A DNA stretch of 64,000 nucleotides, taken from contig CBDCXL010000001.1 of the NCBI GenBank assembly GCA_965223795.1, forward strand, positions 160,001 to 224,000. Direction: 5' to 3'. The notes under the pieces were generated by a model. That model saw nothing but the letters and a program-made list of their open reading frames with translations, was not told where the DNA came from and did no database searches. Both the position numbers and the translations under genes were made by a program. Of this stretch, positions 8,206 to 18,161 are shown piece after piece. The DNA is from Nitrospinales bacterium (lineage in GTDB: Bacteria; Nitrospinota; Nitrospinia; Nitrospinales; VA-1). Numbering within the stretch: the stretch's first letter is position 1; the number at the start of each line of letters is the position of its first letter.

Positions 8206-10464
8206 TTACTTCTTCTGCTGCCCCACGTAATTGAGGGCCGAACCGGCTTTGAACCATTCGATCTCTTTCTCGTTCAAGGTGTGGTTCACCTTCAGCGTGT
8301 CGGACGAGCCGTCCGCGTGCTTCACGGTCATGGACACGGGCTGGCCCGGCGCCAGATCGTCGAGCCCGGCGAAGGAGATGCGGTCCTTCTCCTGGATCTT
8401 GTCGTAATCCGCCTTGTCTGAAAAGGTGAACGGAAGCACACCCTGCTTTTTCAGGTTGGCTTCGAAGATCCGGGCGTAGGAATTGGCGACGAAGGCCCGG
8501 CAGCCCATGTGCCTGGGTTCCATGGCCGCATGCTCGCGGCTGGAGCCCTCGCCGATGTTCTCGTCACCGAAGACCACCCATCCCTTGCCGCTCTCTTTGA
8601 GATTGCGGGCGATCTTGTTGAGCTCCTGCCCCTTGTCCCCGTTCATGGGGTGGTTGCCGGTTCCGGTCTCGCCGGTGAAGGCGTTGGTGGCGCCCAGGAA
8701 CATGTTGTTGGAGATGTTGTCCAGGTGGCCGCGGAACTTGAGCCAGGGGCCTGCCTGCGAGATGTGGTCGGTGGTGCACTTGCCCTTGGCCTTGAGCAGC
8801 ACCGGCAGATCCTGGTAATCCTTCACCGGGTCCTGCTTGGGGAAGGGATCGAGGAACGCCAGCCGCTCGCTGGTCGGGTTGATGACCACCTCGCCGGACA
8901 TGGACGGCGCTTCGTAGCCGTTGTCCTTGGAGGCGTAGCCGTTGGAGGGCAGCACTTCCCCCTTGGGCGGCTGGAACTTGAAGTCCTTGCCGTCCTTGTC
9001 CTTCAGGGTGTCGGTCAGGGGGTTGAACTTCATGGAACCGGAAAACGCCATGGCGACGACCAGCTCCGGGCTGCTGATGAATCCCAGCGTTTCCGGATTG
9101 CCGTCGTTTCTCTTGGCGAAGTTGCGGTTGTAGGAAGTGATGATGCTGTTCTTGTCGCCCTTCTTGATGTCGTCGCGCTTCCACTGGCCGATGCAGGGGC
9201 CGCAGGCGTTGGCGAGCACGGTGGCGCCCACTTCCTCGAAGTTCTGCAGAATGCCGTCCCGCTTGATGGTCTCGAAGATCTGCTCGGAACCGGGGGTGAC
9301 CATGAAGTTCGTTTTGGCCTTGAGGCCTGCCGCCTTGGCCTGCTCGACCAGGCTGTTGGCGCGGGTCAGATCCTCGTAGCTGGAGTTGGTGCAGCTGCCG
9401 ATGAGGGCCGCGGAGATCTTCTCCGGATATTCCTTCTCGTCCACCTCGGAGCTCATGGCGCTCACGGGCCGGCCCAGGTCGGGCGTGTGCGGGCCGACGA
9501 TGTGCGGCTCCAGCGTGGCGAGGTCGATCTCGTAATACTCGTCGTAGTACTTCTCCGGATCGGCTTCCACTTCCGGGTCCGACTGCAGGAACTCGGCGTA
9601 CTTTTTACAGAGATCCGCGACCGGAGCGCGGCCGGTGGCGCGGAAGTAGGGATCCATGGCTTCGTCGTAGCCGAAGATGGAGGTGGTGGCGCCGATTTCC
9701 GCACCCATGTTGGTGACGGTGCCTTTGCTGGTGGCGCTGAGCGATTTCGCGCCCTCGCCGAAGTATTCCAGAATCTTGTTGGTGCCACCTTTCACGGTCA
9801 GCATGGTGGCGACCTTGAGGATGATGTCCTTGGAGGCGGTCCAGCCGTTCATCTTGCCTTTCAGCTTGATGCCCACCAGTTTCGGCATCTTGGTCATGAA
9901 GGGCTGGCCGGTCATGACATCGACCGCATCCGCGCCGCCCACGCCGATGGCGATGGTGCCGAGCCCGCCGGCGTTGGGCGTGTGGGAGTCGGTGCCGATC
10001 ATCAGGGTTCCGGGAACGGCGTAGTTCTCATACACCACCTGATGGATGATGCCGGAGCCGGGTTTCCAGAAGCCCATTCCGTATTTCATCGCCGCGGAAC
10101 GCAGGAATTCGTACACTTCCTTGTTGGTTTCCTCGGCGGCCTTGAGGTCGGCCATGGAGCCGGTGTAGGCCTGGATCAGGTGGTCGCAGTGCACGGTGGT
10201 CGGGACGGCGACCTTGGGCATCTTGGCGGACATGAACTGGAGGATGGCCATCTGCGCCGTGGCGTCCTGCATGGCGACCCGGTCCGCATTCAGATAGATA
10301 TTGGAGCCTCCGCGCTCCAGTTTGGAAAAATCCGTCGGTTCCATATGGGAATAGAGAATTTTTTCGACGATCGTGAGTTTTCGGCCCAGGTTTTTTCGGG
10401 CGTCCGAGTGGATTTTTTCCAGAGATTGGAACAACTTTTCAATGGGTTCAATTTCCAATAACAT
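8206..10464 (-). CDS. acnA: Aconitate hydratase, mitochondrial-like type
   Basis: DRVAMQDATAQMA, HCDH, DSHTPN, GSCTNSSYED, ACGPCIGQW, SYNRNF, TTDHIS, GEGSSREHA. Confidence 0.95.
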   Translation of the reverse strand: MLLEIEPIEKLFQSLEKIHSDARKNLGRKLTIVEKILYSHMEPTDFSKLERGGSNIYLNADRVAMQDATAQMAILQFMSAKMPKVAVPTTVHCDHLIQAYTGSMADLKAAEETNKEVYEFLRSAAMKYGMGFWKPGSGIIHQVVYENYAVPGTLMIGTDSHTPNAGGLGTIAIGVGGADAVDVMTGQPFMTKMPKLVGIKLKGKMNGWTASKDIILKVATMLTVKGGTNKILEYFGEGAKSLSATSKGTVTNMGAEIGATTSIFGYDEAMDPYFRATGRAPVADLCKKYAEFLQSDPEVEADPEKYYDEYYEIDLATLEPHIVGPHTPDLGRPVSAMSSEVDEKEYPEKISAALIGSCTNSSYEDLTRANSLVEQAKAAGLKAKTNFMVTPGSEQIFETIKRDGILQNFEEVGATVLANACGPCIGQWKRDDIKKGDKNSIITSYNRNFAKRNDGNPETLGFISSPELVVAMAFSGSMKFNPLTDTLKDKDGKDFKFQPPKGEVLPSNGYASKDNGYEAPSMSGEVVINPTSERLAFLDPFPKQDPVKDYQDLPVLLKAKGKCTTDHISQAGPWLKFRGHLDNISNNMFLGATNAFTGETGTGNHPMNGDKGQELNKIARNLKESGKGWVVFGDENIGEGSSREHAAMEPRHMGCRAFVANSYARIFEANLKKQGVLPFTFSDKADYDKIQEKDRISFAGLDDLAPGQPVSMTVKHADGSSDTLKVNHTLNEKEIEWFKAGSALNYVGQQKK

Positions 10465-10693
10465 TTGTGTTCACCTTTTCAAGATAGTTGGGTTCTTCAT
10501 GTATGGTGATATTCAACCTGTGGGACAGGCCGTGCAACGCTGGAGTGGACCGCTCAACAAGGGCATTTGGATGGCCCGATTTTACATGATTCGACGCAAA
10601 TTTCAATTCTTTTGAGATGCGCGTGCCCACAGAAAGGTTTTTGATCTTCCACTTAATTTTCAAAAATTTATTAATTTCCGCTATAGTAGCCGC

Positions 10694-11467
10694 ATGCCCT
10701 CGATTTTCGACTCGCCAGAGTTCAACCAGAACCTGTTTTTCCCCCGTTCTGACGGGAACCCCACGCCGCACGACACGGAGGAGCTGTTCATTCCGGTGGC
10801 CGATTCGGTGAGGGTGCACGCGCGCCGCTACCTGTCGCCGCCGGCGCGCTTCAGCCTGTTGTTTTTTCACGGCAACGGGGAAATCGTGTCGGATTACGAC
10901 GGGCTCAGGGAGGCGTTTTCCCAGCTTGGCGCGGAGCTCACCGTCTGCGACTACCGGGGCTACGGCCAGAGCGAAGGGGCGCCCTCTTTGCGGGCGGCTC
11001 TGGAGGACGCGCACGCGGTGTACCGGCACCTTAAGGAAAACAATGCGCTGAAGGATGCGGTCTGCGTCATGGGGCGCTCGCTGGGCAGCGCGCCAGCCAT
11101 CGAACTGTGCGCGGAGCATGCGGACATCGCGGCCTGTGTGCTGGAAAGCGGCTACGCCGACCCCATCCCGCTGGTGGAGCGGCGCGGGCTCAAAATCGAG
11201 GCGACCACGCCCGAGGAGGACCGGCTGTTCAACAACAGCACAAAAATCAGGAATCTTTCCTGCCCGCTGTTGATTCTGCACGGCGAGGAGGATTTTCTCA
11301 TCGGTCCGCACGAGGCCAGGCTCAATCATGAGAAGGCGGGCTCGAAGGTCAAATATCTGGAAATCCTGGAGGGGGTCGGGCACAACGACATGATGATGGC
11401 TCCCGATTACGGTTATTTCGTCTGTCTGAAACGGTTTTTCGACGCGCACCTGCCGGGCGTGGGATAG
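10694..11467 (+). CDS. Alpha/beta hydrolase (ABHD17/BEM46-like)
   Basis: FHGNGE, DYRGYG, GRSLG nucleophile elbow, HGEED, GHND. Confidence 0.88.
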   Translation: MPSIFDSPEFNQNLFFPRSDGNPTPHDTEELFIPVADSVRVHARRYLSPPARFSLLFFHGNGEIVSDYDGLREAFSQLGAELTVCDYRGYGQSEGAPSLRAALEDAHAVYRHLKENNALKDAVCVMGRSLGSAPAIELCAEHADIAACVLESGYADPIPLVERRGLKIEATTPEEDRLFNNSTKIRNLSCPLLILHGEEDFLIGPHEARLNHEKAGSKVKYLEILEGVGHNDMMMAPDYGYFVCLKRFFDAHLPGVG

Positions 11468-11486
11468 CAATACGGAGCGAATCAGG

Positions 11487-12680
11487 ATGCAGAAAAAGTT
11501 CTACAACATCGAAGGGCTCATACGCAACGGCTTCAAGCTGAGCCGGGACTATGAAATCCTCGATTTTCATTTCGTCAAGCTCGGCGACGCGGGCGTGCAG
11601 GCACTGGCCAAGTCGCGCTCGATCAAGCAGATCACGCGGCTCACGCTCAGCCACAACAAGCTGGGGCCGGAGGCGGCCAGGGCTCTGTCGGAGTCCAAGA
11701 GCCTGCAGAACCTGCAATCGCTCAAGCTGTATAAAAACCAGATCGGCGACGAGGGGGTGCGTCATCTGTGCGAATCGGACCAGTTTCCGAGCCTCAAGTC
11801 CTTGCGGCTGGCGTGGAACGGCATCGGCCCGGAAGGGGCGCGGCATGTGGCCAAAAGCACGAAACTCAAGGGCCTGACCTATATGAGCCTGGCGGAGAAC
11901 AAGATCGGCGATGCGGGCATGAAGCATCTGGCCGGCTCGGAGGGATTCCCCGAGCTTGAGTATCTCGATGTGCGCAAAAACGGGATCACCGACGCCGGCG
12001 CGAAGGAAATGATTGAGGCGAAAGGGTTCCCGAAGCTGCAGTCGATCGACATCTCGGACAACCCGGTCACTCAGGAGGGGCGGGACGCGGTCTCCGGCTT
12101 CCTGATCCTGAATCGCATCCGCCACCGGCTCAGCGAGGACGGCAAGGTGCTGGACCTCAGCAAGCTGGGCATCGGCGATGTGGAATGCAAGTACATTGCC
12201 GAATGCGAGGATCTCAAGGAACTGGACAAGCTGTACCTGGAGATCAACAAGATCACCGCCGAGGGCGTGCGGCTGCTGGCGGCTTCGCCGTACCTGGAAA
12301 ACCTCACCCTGTTGTCGCTCGACCGCAACCCGATCAAGGATGAAGGCGTGAAGCACATCGCCGAATCCGCGATGTTCAAGAACCTGCAGATCCTGATGAT
12401 CGAGTTCACCGGAGTCACCGACGAGGGGCTGATCGCGATCGCCGAATCGGAAAACATGGCGCAGATGGTGCGGCTGTACATTGAGTCGAACGAGTACACG
12501 GACGAGGGTTTTTACGCTCTGGGCGAATCGGAATTCCTGACGCAGCTCGAGTATCCCGAGTTCGAGCACGAGGAAGAGATCGTCGAGGAAGAAGAGGACG
12601 AGGAGGAATTCGAGGAGGTCGAGGAGATCGTCGAAGTGGAGGAGGAAGAGGACCTGGACGACGCCGAGTACGAAAAATGA
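11487..12680 (+). CDS. Leucine-rich repeat protein (ribonuclease-inhibitor-like repeats) with acidic C-terminal tail
   Basis: Repeated LxxLxLxxNxIGDxGxxxLA units of about 28 aa; terminal E/D-rich tract. Confidence 0.88.
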   Translation: MQKKFYNIEGLIRNGFKLSRDYEILDFHFVKLGDAGVQALAKSRSIKQITRLTLSHNKLGPEAARALSESKSLQNLQSLKLYKNQIGDEGVRHLCESDQFPSLKSLRLAWNGIGPEGARHVAKSTKLKGLTYMSLAENKIGDAGMKHLAGSEGFPELEYLDVRKNGITDAGAKEMIEAKGFPKLQSIDISDNPVTQEGRDAVSGFLILNRIRHRLSEDGKVLDLSKLGIGDVECKYIAECEDLKELDKLYLEINKITAEGVRLLAASPYLENLTLLSLDRNPIKDEGVKHIAESAMFKNLQILMIEFTGVTDEGLIAIAESENMAQMVRLYIESNEYTDEGFYALGESEFLTQLEYPEFEHEEEIVEEEEDEEEFEEVEEIVEVEEEEDLDDAEYEK

Positions 12681-12701
12681 CCGCAGACGGTCCTTGCTTT
12701 T

Positions 12702-14591
12702 TCAGTTCTCCATCAGAGAGGCGATCAGCGGAAATGCATCGTCACTTCTCTGGCCGGTTTGCTTTTCCGGCAGGAGAATGTGAAAGGCCACTCCTTGATC
12801 CGGCTGCCTCCGGACTTCGATCTTTCCGTGATGACGGCTGACGATTTTGTTGCAGATGGTCAGCCCGATGCCGGTGCCTTCGTAGGTGCTGCGGTTGTGC
12901 AGCCTTTCGAAGGGCCGGAAAATCCGGTCCGCGTGTTTTTCGTCGATTCCGATGCCGTTGTCCTCAACGGAAATTTCCCAGACTCCCTCTTTGATCAGGC
13001 GGCTGTCCAGGTTGACGACGGGAGGGACGTTTTCCCTGTGAAACTTGAGCCCGTTGGCGATCAGGTTGAGAAACAGCTGCCGCATCTGAAACGGGTCCGC
13101 CTCCAGCACGGGCAGCTTGCGTAGATTCACCGTCCCCTTGTTTTCCTTTATTTTTACATCCAGATCCTGCAATACGTCCCGGACCACTTCATTGAGATCC
13201 GTCGGCTTGAAGGGCACCTTTTTGGTTCCCAGCTTGGAGTACTGCAACAGGTCGCCCAGAAACGTCTGCATCCTCGCCGCGGATTTCTGCATGCGCGTCA
13301 GATAATCCCTGGCTTTCGGGTTCGATTCGGGAATGACGGTGCCCAGCCGGTCGCCGAACGTGACGATCTTGCGCAGCGGTTCCTGCAGGTCGTGGGATGC
13401 GATGGAAACGAAATCCTGCAGTTCCCTGTTGGATTCCTGCAATTTTTCCGCGTTCTCGGCGCGCTTGGCTTCGGCGCTCATTCTCTGCATTTCCGCTCCT
13501 ACGCGGGAAGCGAAAATCGAAAGGATCGACTTGGCGCTCTCGATATCCTGAATGGGCTTCGTGTCCATGATGGACAGGATCCCCGTGGTTTTCCCCTCGC
13601 CGTTGCGTATGGGATATCCCACATAGCTCTGTATGTTATTTTCCTTAAAGAAAATATCTTTCGGAAAATGCGCCTGCACTTCGTTCGGAAAAGCGACGAT
13701 TTCTCCCCGGACGACGATGTTGCAAGGTGTGTCTTTGAGCTCGTATTCGATGCTTTTGAGAAATTCCCCTTGTTTGTAAAAAACCAGGGTGCGGAATATG
13801 TTTCTGCTGCCTTTTTTGTAGGTGCAAATCGTCGCGTACTGGACATTGAGCGCGGAAGCGAGATTGGAAACAAGGGACTTGAAAAATATTTCCCCGGTGG
13901 TGGCAGGGGCGGTGCCGGAAACGATGGAGCTGAGCTGGTGGTACACGGTGCGGTAGCGTGCTTCGCTTTCTATGAGTAATTCTTCGATCTGTTTTCTTTC
14001 TGAAATATTGTGAACTATGGCAAAGACCTTGTTTTTATCTTTTACTTTGAACCTTCCCGCGGTCAATTCGGCCGGGAAGACTTGCCCGGTTTTGGTTTTG
14101 TGATAGCGGAGCGGGATTTTTTTCAAATTCCCCTGCAGATTTTCCTGAATGGCTTTTTCGGTTTTTTCCGGTTCCGCCGATATGTCTTTCGGAGACAGTT
14201 TCAGAAATTCCTCACGGGAGAATTCGTATTGCTTGACGGCGGCTTCGTTGACATCCTCGAACCTATTGGATTCCGCGTCCAGTATCAGAATGGGGTCGGA
14301 TATGGTGGAGAACAGATTCTGATAGCGAATCTGTGTTTCGCTTAACGCGTTGTTCAGAGTTTCCTGTTTTTTTATTTCCCGCAGACTCCACAGGGTGGGG
14401 GCAATCAGAGCCAAGCCGGAAAAAAACAACACGATCCCTATAAAATCCCACTTGTCGCTTGCGGATTCGGATGCGTGATCGGTGAGGATCCAGAAGGAAA
14501 ACCTATCTTCAAGGTGAAATTCCCATAGATAGGACAGGAAAAATACGCTCAGCAGAGTGAACATCCAAAAGGGGAAAATGATTTTCTTCAT
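12702..14591 (-). CDS. Membrane PAS/GAF sensor histidine kinase
   Basis: Two N-terminal TM segments, PAS, GAF, H-box ASHDLQEPLR, N-box NLIANGLKF, DNGIGI, GTGIGL. Confidence 0.92.
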   Translation of the reverse strand: MKKIIFPFWMFTLLSVFFLSYLWEFHLEDRFSFWILTDHASESASDKWDFIGIVLFFSGLALIAPTLWSLREIKKQETLNNALSETQIRYQNLFSTISDPILILDAESNRFEDVNEAAVKQYEFSREEFLKLSPKDISAEPEKTEKAIQENLQGNLKKIPLRYHKTKTGQVFPAELTAGRFKVKDKNKVFAIVHNISERKQIEELLIESEARYRTVYHQLSSIVSGTAPATTGEIFFKSLVSNLASALNVQYATICTYKKGSRNIFRTLVFYKQGEFLKSIEYELKDTPCNIVVRGEIVAFPNEVQAHFPKDIFFKENNIQSYVGYPIRNGEGKTTGILSIMDTKPIQDIESAKSILSIFASRVGAEMQRMSAEAKRAENAEKLQESNRELQDFVSIASHDLQEPLRKIVTFGDRLGTVIPESNPKARDYLTRMQKSAARMQTFLGDLLQYSKLGTKKVPFKPTDLNEVVRDVLQDLDVKIKENKGTVNLRKLPVLEADPFQMRQLFLNLIANGLKFHRENVPPVVNLDSRLIKEGVWEISVEDNGIGIDEKHADRIFRPFERLHNRSTYEGTGIGLTICNKIVSRHHGKIEVRRQPDQGVAFHILLPEKQTGQRSDDAFPLIASLMEN

Positions 14592-14898
14592 GTATTCACC
14601 CTTTTTAAAAAGGTGGGGCCCTGCAAGCGGGAAATATATCCCCGATTCGATAAAATTGCAAAGCTCAAATCACTCCCGCCGCGCAGCGGTATCGTGGAGT
14701 TTTGGGAATAAATACGCTGTCTAAAAACGATGCCGTAGCGAATAAACGGCGGTTTTGTGTGCTCTTTACCAGGGACGCAGTGAGCGCAATGAATAGACAG
14801 GCTGTGAGTGTGTTGTGCTAAAGTAGGGAGGTTTGAATCTGTGCGGGAAGGTTGCTGCCCTTTTGCTCAGGTGGAAGGGCCTTTGATGAAAAACGGGG

Positions 14899-15435
14899 TC
14901 ACCACGACGTCATCCACATCTGTTTGGGGGTTTTGCCTTTGAAGATCTCCTGGATGCGCTTGGCGAAATTTTCGTTGGTGAAGGTTTTGGTGTACTGGTC
15001 TTCGGGGCCTTTATACGGGTTCCAGGAGAGCACCAGCCGTTCGACGAACAGCTCTTCCAGCGGCACGTGGTGGATCTTGACGATGACGTTGGTCTTGGAA
15101 TCGACCAGCACCGCGACCATGGACGGGTCGTCCTTGGCGTAGAGCGCTTCGAGAAACCCGGGCGATTCCTTTTCCTGCTGCGCCGGGTTGCCGGGGGCTT
15201 CCAGAATCCAGTCCTCGCCGCCGACGGCGAAGATGGGAATGGAAGGGAACTCGGATTCCTCGCACAGCTTGGCGCGCCATTTCCCCTGCCAGGCATCCAC
15301 CTGCGCCTTGGAGGGTTCGGGAAACCGGCCCACCAGCAGCATGTCGCCGTTGGGGGAAAACGAAAGACCGCCGCCTTCGCCCTCGATGGCGACGGGGCAG
15401 GGCTGGCCTTCTTCAAAGCGGATCGTCTCTTCCAT
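14899..15435 (-). CDS. Hypothetical protein
   Basis: 178-aa ORF with host-like codon usage and an upstream GAAGGTG; no family recognised. Confidence 0.7.
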   Translation of the reverse strand: MEETIRFEEGQPCPVAIEGEGGGLSFSPNGDMLLVGRFPEPSKAQVDAWQGKWRAKLCEESEFPSIPIFAVGGEDWILEAPGNPAQQEKESPGFLEALYAKDDPSMVAVLVDSKTNVIVKIHHVPLEELFVERLVLSWNPYKGPEDQYTKTFTNENFAKRIQEIFKGKTPKQMWMTSW

Positions 15436-15627
15436 GTTGCATTCACCTTCGGGTTTGCATTGCGCGGCAGAAAAATATTGTGTTGGACCGGAGCGGCAAA
15501 GTCAAACAAAATTAAAAACCGCCTGTTTTTCATGAATTTTCCCGCCGATTCGCCCCATTGGGCTTGAGCGGGACGCGGGGCTGCGGTATCCTCGCGGTTT
15601 CCGCACATTTCACAGGAACGAAGAAAC

Positions 15628-17040
15628 ATGCGAACCACGCTGATCGCGCACGCGACGCTGCTCGTGCAGTCGAAAAACACCACGCTTTTGTCGGATCCGG
15701 TGCTGTTCAACTACCACTGGGAAGAACTCAATGTGCATTGCCCGGCGGTGGCGCTGGATCTGGATCGATTCCCCAGGGTGGACATCCTCAACATCTCGCA
15801 CCGGCATCAGGACCATTTCGACATCCGCACGCTGGCCTACCTGGCCGAGAGCGATTCCATCCTGGCGGAGGACGCGGTGGTGCTGGCGCCGCAGGATGAG
15901 ATCCTGCTGGAGGTCCTGAAGGAACTGGAGTTCAAGAACGTGAAGGTGGTGACCGATTTCGAAACGTTTCAGGTCAAGGACTTCACGCTGACGCCGACGC
16001 CGTCGCACAACGATCAGGATTATTTCCCGGAGCACGGCATCCTGATCCACGACGGTGAGGTGACGGTCTGGAACCAGGTGGACACGATCGTGAGCCCGCC
16101 GGTCATACAGTACATCCACAAGCTGTACGGGCAGGTGGACTGCGCGCACGTGCGCTACCTGCCGCTTCTGGAAGGAAATTTCACCTTCCACAAGGAGCTG
16201 GAGCTGCCGTTCGAGGAATACCAGTCCTTTTTACAAGTGGCCGCGGCGCTCAGGCCGAAATTCGCGGTGCCCGGCTCGGCGGGGTTTCGCTATAAGGACG
16301 CGTACGACTTCCTCAACCGCTATTCCTTTCCCACGACACAGACGCAGTTTCTGCGCGACCTGAAAGACTTCTGCCCCGATATCGGCAGCAGCACCTTCTA
16401 CCCCGGCGACGTTCTGGACATCACCCCCGGCGGCGTGGACGTGCAGCGGCAGGCGGCGGATTTCGTGGGCGTGCGCGAGGACGACGAGCACCTGGTGGAG
16501 TTCAAGCCGGTGGCGGAAGTCGCCCCGCTCAGGACGCTCACCGAGGATGCGGCCGAGCGCGAGAAGGAAAAACAGGCGGTCATCGATTACATCGAAAACC
16601 GCCTCGTCGATGCATTGTTATCCAAAGAAAGCGTGCGCACCTGGGTGGAGTGGAAGACGGCGTACCAGCTTGAAGTGTTCGACAAGGACGGGTCGGACAT
16701 CTGGAGCATCGATTTCGGCGGCGAAGACGCGGTCATCGAGAAAAAGCGCATCGGCAAGATCAACCTGTACGAAGGCATCGCCTATTCCGAGTTCTACCGG
16801 CTGATTCAGGGAGAAACCAACTGGGATTTCGTCGGCGTCGCGGCGCAGTACCGCACGTTTCAGAACATCTACCGGGTGGAGCGCGGGCAGATCGAAAAAT
16901 ACAAGGAAGAAAAGCGGTTCCCCCAGCCCTTGATGGAACTGTTCCCGCCGGACCGCACGATGGACCGGGAGAAGTACATGAAAGACGTGCGCCGCTGGAA
17001 AGGCAAAGCGACGGTCAAGGCCGACGCGCAGGCGGGTTGA
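15628..17040 (+). CDS. MBL-fold metallo-hydrolase with long C-terminal extension
   Basis: HATLLV, LSDPV, HxHxDH motif (ISHRHQDHFD). Confidence 0.82.
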   Translation: MRTTLIAHATLLVQSKNTTLLSDPVLFNYHWEELNVHCPAVALDLDRFPRVDILNISHRHQDHFDIRTLAYLAESDSILAEDAVVLAPQDEILLEVLKELEFKNVKVVTDFETFQVKDFTLTPTPSHNDQDYFPEHGILIHDGEVTVWNQVDTIVSPPVIQYIHKLYGQVDCAHVRYLPLLEGNFTFHKELELPFEEYQSFLQVAAALRPKFAVPGSAGFRYKDAYDFLNRYSFPTTQTQFLRDLKDFCPDIGSSTFYPGDVLDITPGGVDVQRQAADFVGVREDDEHLVEFKPVAEVAPLRTLTEDAAEREKEKQAVIDYIENRLVDALLSKESVRTWVEWKTAYQLEVFDKDGSDIWSIDFGGEDAVIEKKRIGKINLYEGIAYSEFYRLIQGETNWDFVGVAAQYRTFQNIYRVERGQIEKYKEEKRFPQPLMELFPPDRTMDREKYMKDVRRWKGKATVKADAQAG

Positions 17041-17237
17041 TATTGAATTCCCGCTTCCCCGCATCCGCGCATCCTGCTATCCTGTCGGCTGCAGGGGACA
17101 CGGTTTACCGGGAAACGCGCGGTGGCTTGACTTCCCCTGTGGAAACCGGTACATTTCCGGTTTCTTTCTAATGAATTCAAACGGTTGACGGTTCCGGCCG
17201 GGACCGTTCGAGCGTCGATTCCATACTGACCGAATAC

Positions 17238-17314
17238 GGCGGTGTAGCTCAGCTGGTTAGAGCATACGGCTCATATCCGTAGCGTCCGGGGTTCAAGTCC
17301 CTGCACCGCCACCA
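17238..17314 (+). tRNA. tRNA-Met (CAT), elongator-type
   Basis: GGCGGTG/CACCGCC acceptor stem with G1-C72 pair, anticodon arm TACGG-CTCATAT-CCGTA, GTTCAAG T-loop, encoded CCA. Confidence 0.95.
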
Positions 17315-17320
17315 AAAAAT

Positions 17321-17358
17321 AAAGGGGTTGCCCGTCTGGGGCAGCCCCTTTTTTATTT
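17321..17358. terminator. Probable bidirectional terminator after tRNA-Met
   Basis: AAAGGGGTTGCCC-GTCT-GGGGCAGCCCCTTTTTT with A/T tracts on both sides. Confidence 0.75.
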
Positions 17359-17378
17359 GCTTGTGCGCTTTGTGTCCG

Positions 17379-17900
17379 TTAGCACGGCACAATCTTTCCG
17401 CGTTTGAAAGAAACCTTTTGGGGTTTTTTGTGGACAGGTAAATTCAGGTGATTGCCCACTTTTTCAGCCAAGGACCGGATGGTGGACGCATCGCTCGAAA
17501 TGACGGGGATGTAAAGATTGGATTGTCCGAGCAACTGCACAAAGTATCTTGTTCTTGTTACAAGATTGCCATTTTGTCCGCCTGTGCCGAACGTGCCGAT
17601 ACCCACGCCCGTGAAATCAGCGATCGAATGGGATTTTTCTATTGTGTGAAAGCGGGTGCCGGCCGAACTTGTGATCCTTCCTGCTCCTTTGTCTATCCGG
17701 ATGAATATTTTCAGCGTAAAACACATGTTTGAAACGAGCAGGAATGCCAGCCCCACAATAAATACTAAAAACGAAATGCCATCGATTGCGATCGACAAAT
17801 ACATCCATGAGACGCCAGAGAGAAAAAGAACCCACCCGGCCAATTTAGGTAAAGCCCGGTCTAAATGGAATTCCATCGCAGAATGGGTTTCAGCAGACAT
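17379..17900 (-). CDS. Hypothetical membrane protein (AT-richer than flanks)
   Basis: Two N-terminal hydrophobic helices followed by a beta-rich domain. Confidence 0.65.
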   Translation of the reverse strand: MSAETHSAMEFHLDRALPKLAGWVLFLSGVSWMYLSIAIDGISFLVFIVGLAFLLVSNMCFTLKIFIRIDKGAGRITSSAGTRFHTIEKSHSIADFTGVGIGTFGTGGQNGNLVTRTRYFVQLLGQSNLYIPVISSDASTIRSLAEKVGNHLNLPVHKKPQKVSFKRGKIVPC

Positions 17901-18161
17901 AACACCGCCATTGAGGCCCTTGCTGTGGTGTGGAACTCAGAATGACGCTATTTTATGAAATTCAGGGGGATTTCAAATATTTAAATTTCCGTCATTCAAC
18001 GGAAAGATGCCAAGAGACATTTGGAGTGGGTGGACGAGATGAAAGACAAAGTGGAGATGATTGGGCCCTGATGAATGGATTCTACCGGGTGGAGCAATGC
18101 AAAAGCGAATCCCGCGGTCCGAAAGATCCGTGTCCGGCTGCTTCAAACAGCGGGGTTGCGG

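Noticed and set aside
8509..10461. Long plus-strand 650-aa ORF and similar antisense ORFs (11349-12569, 19626-21050, 26837-28201, 36495-37778, 40127-41422, 53115-54350)
   Set aside because: They are shadows of real genes caused by GC-rich codon bias and show no protein motifs
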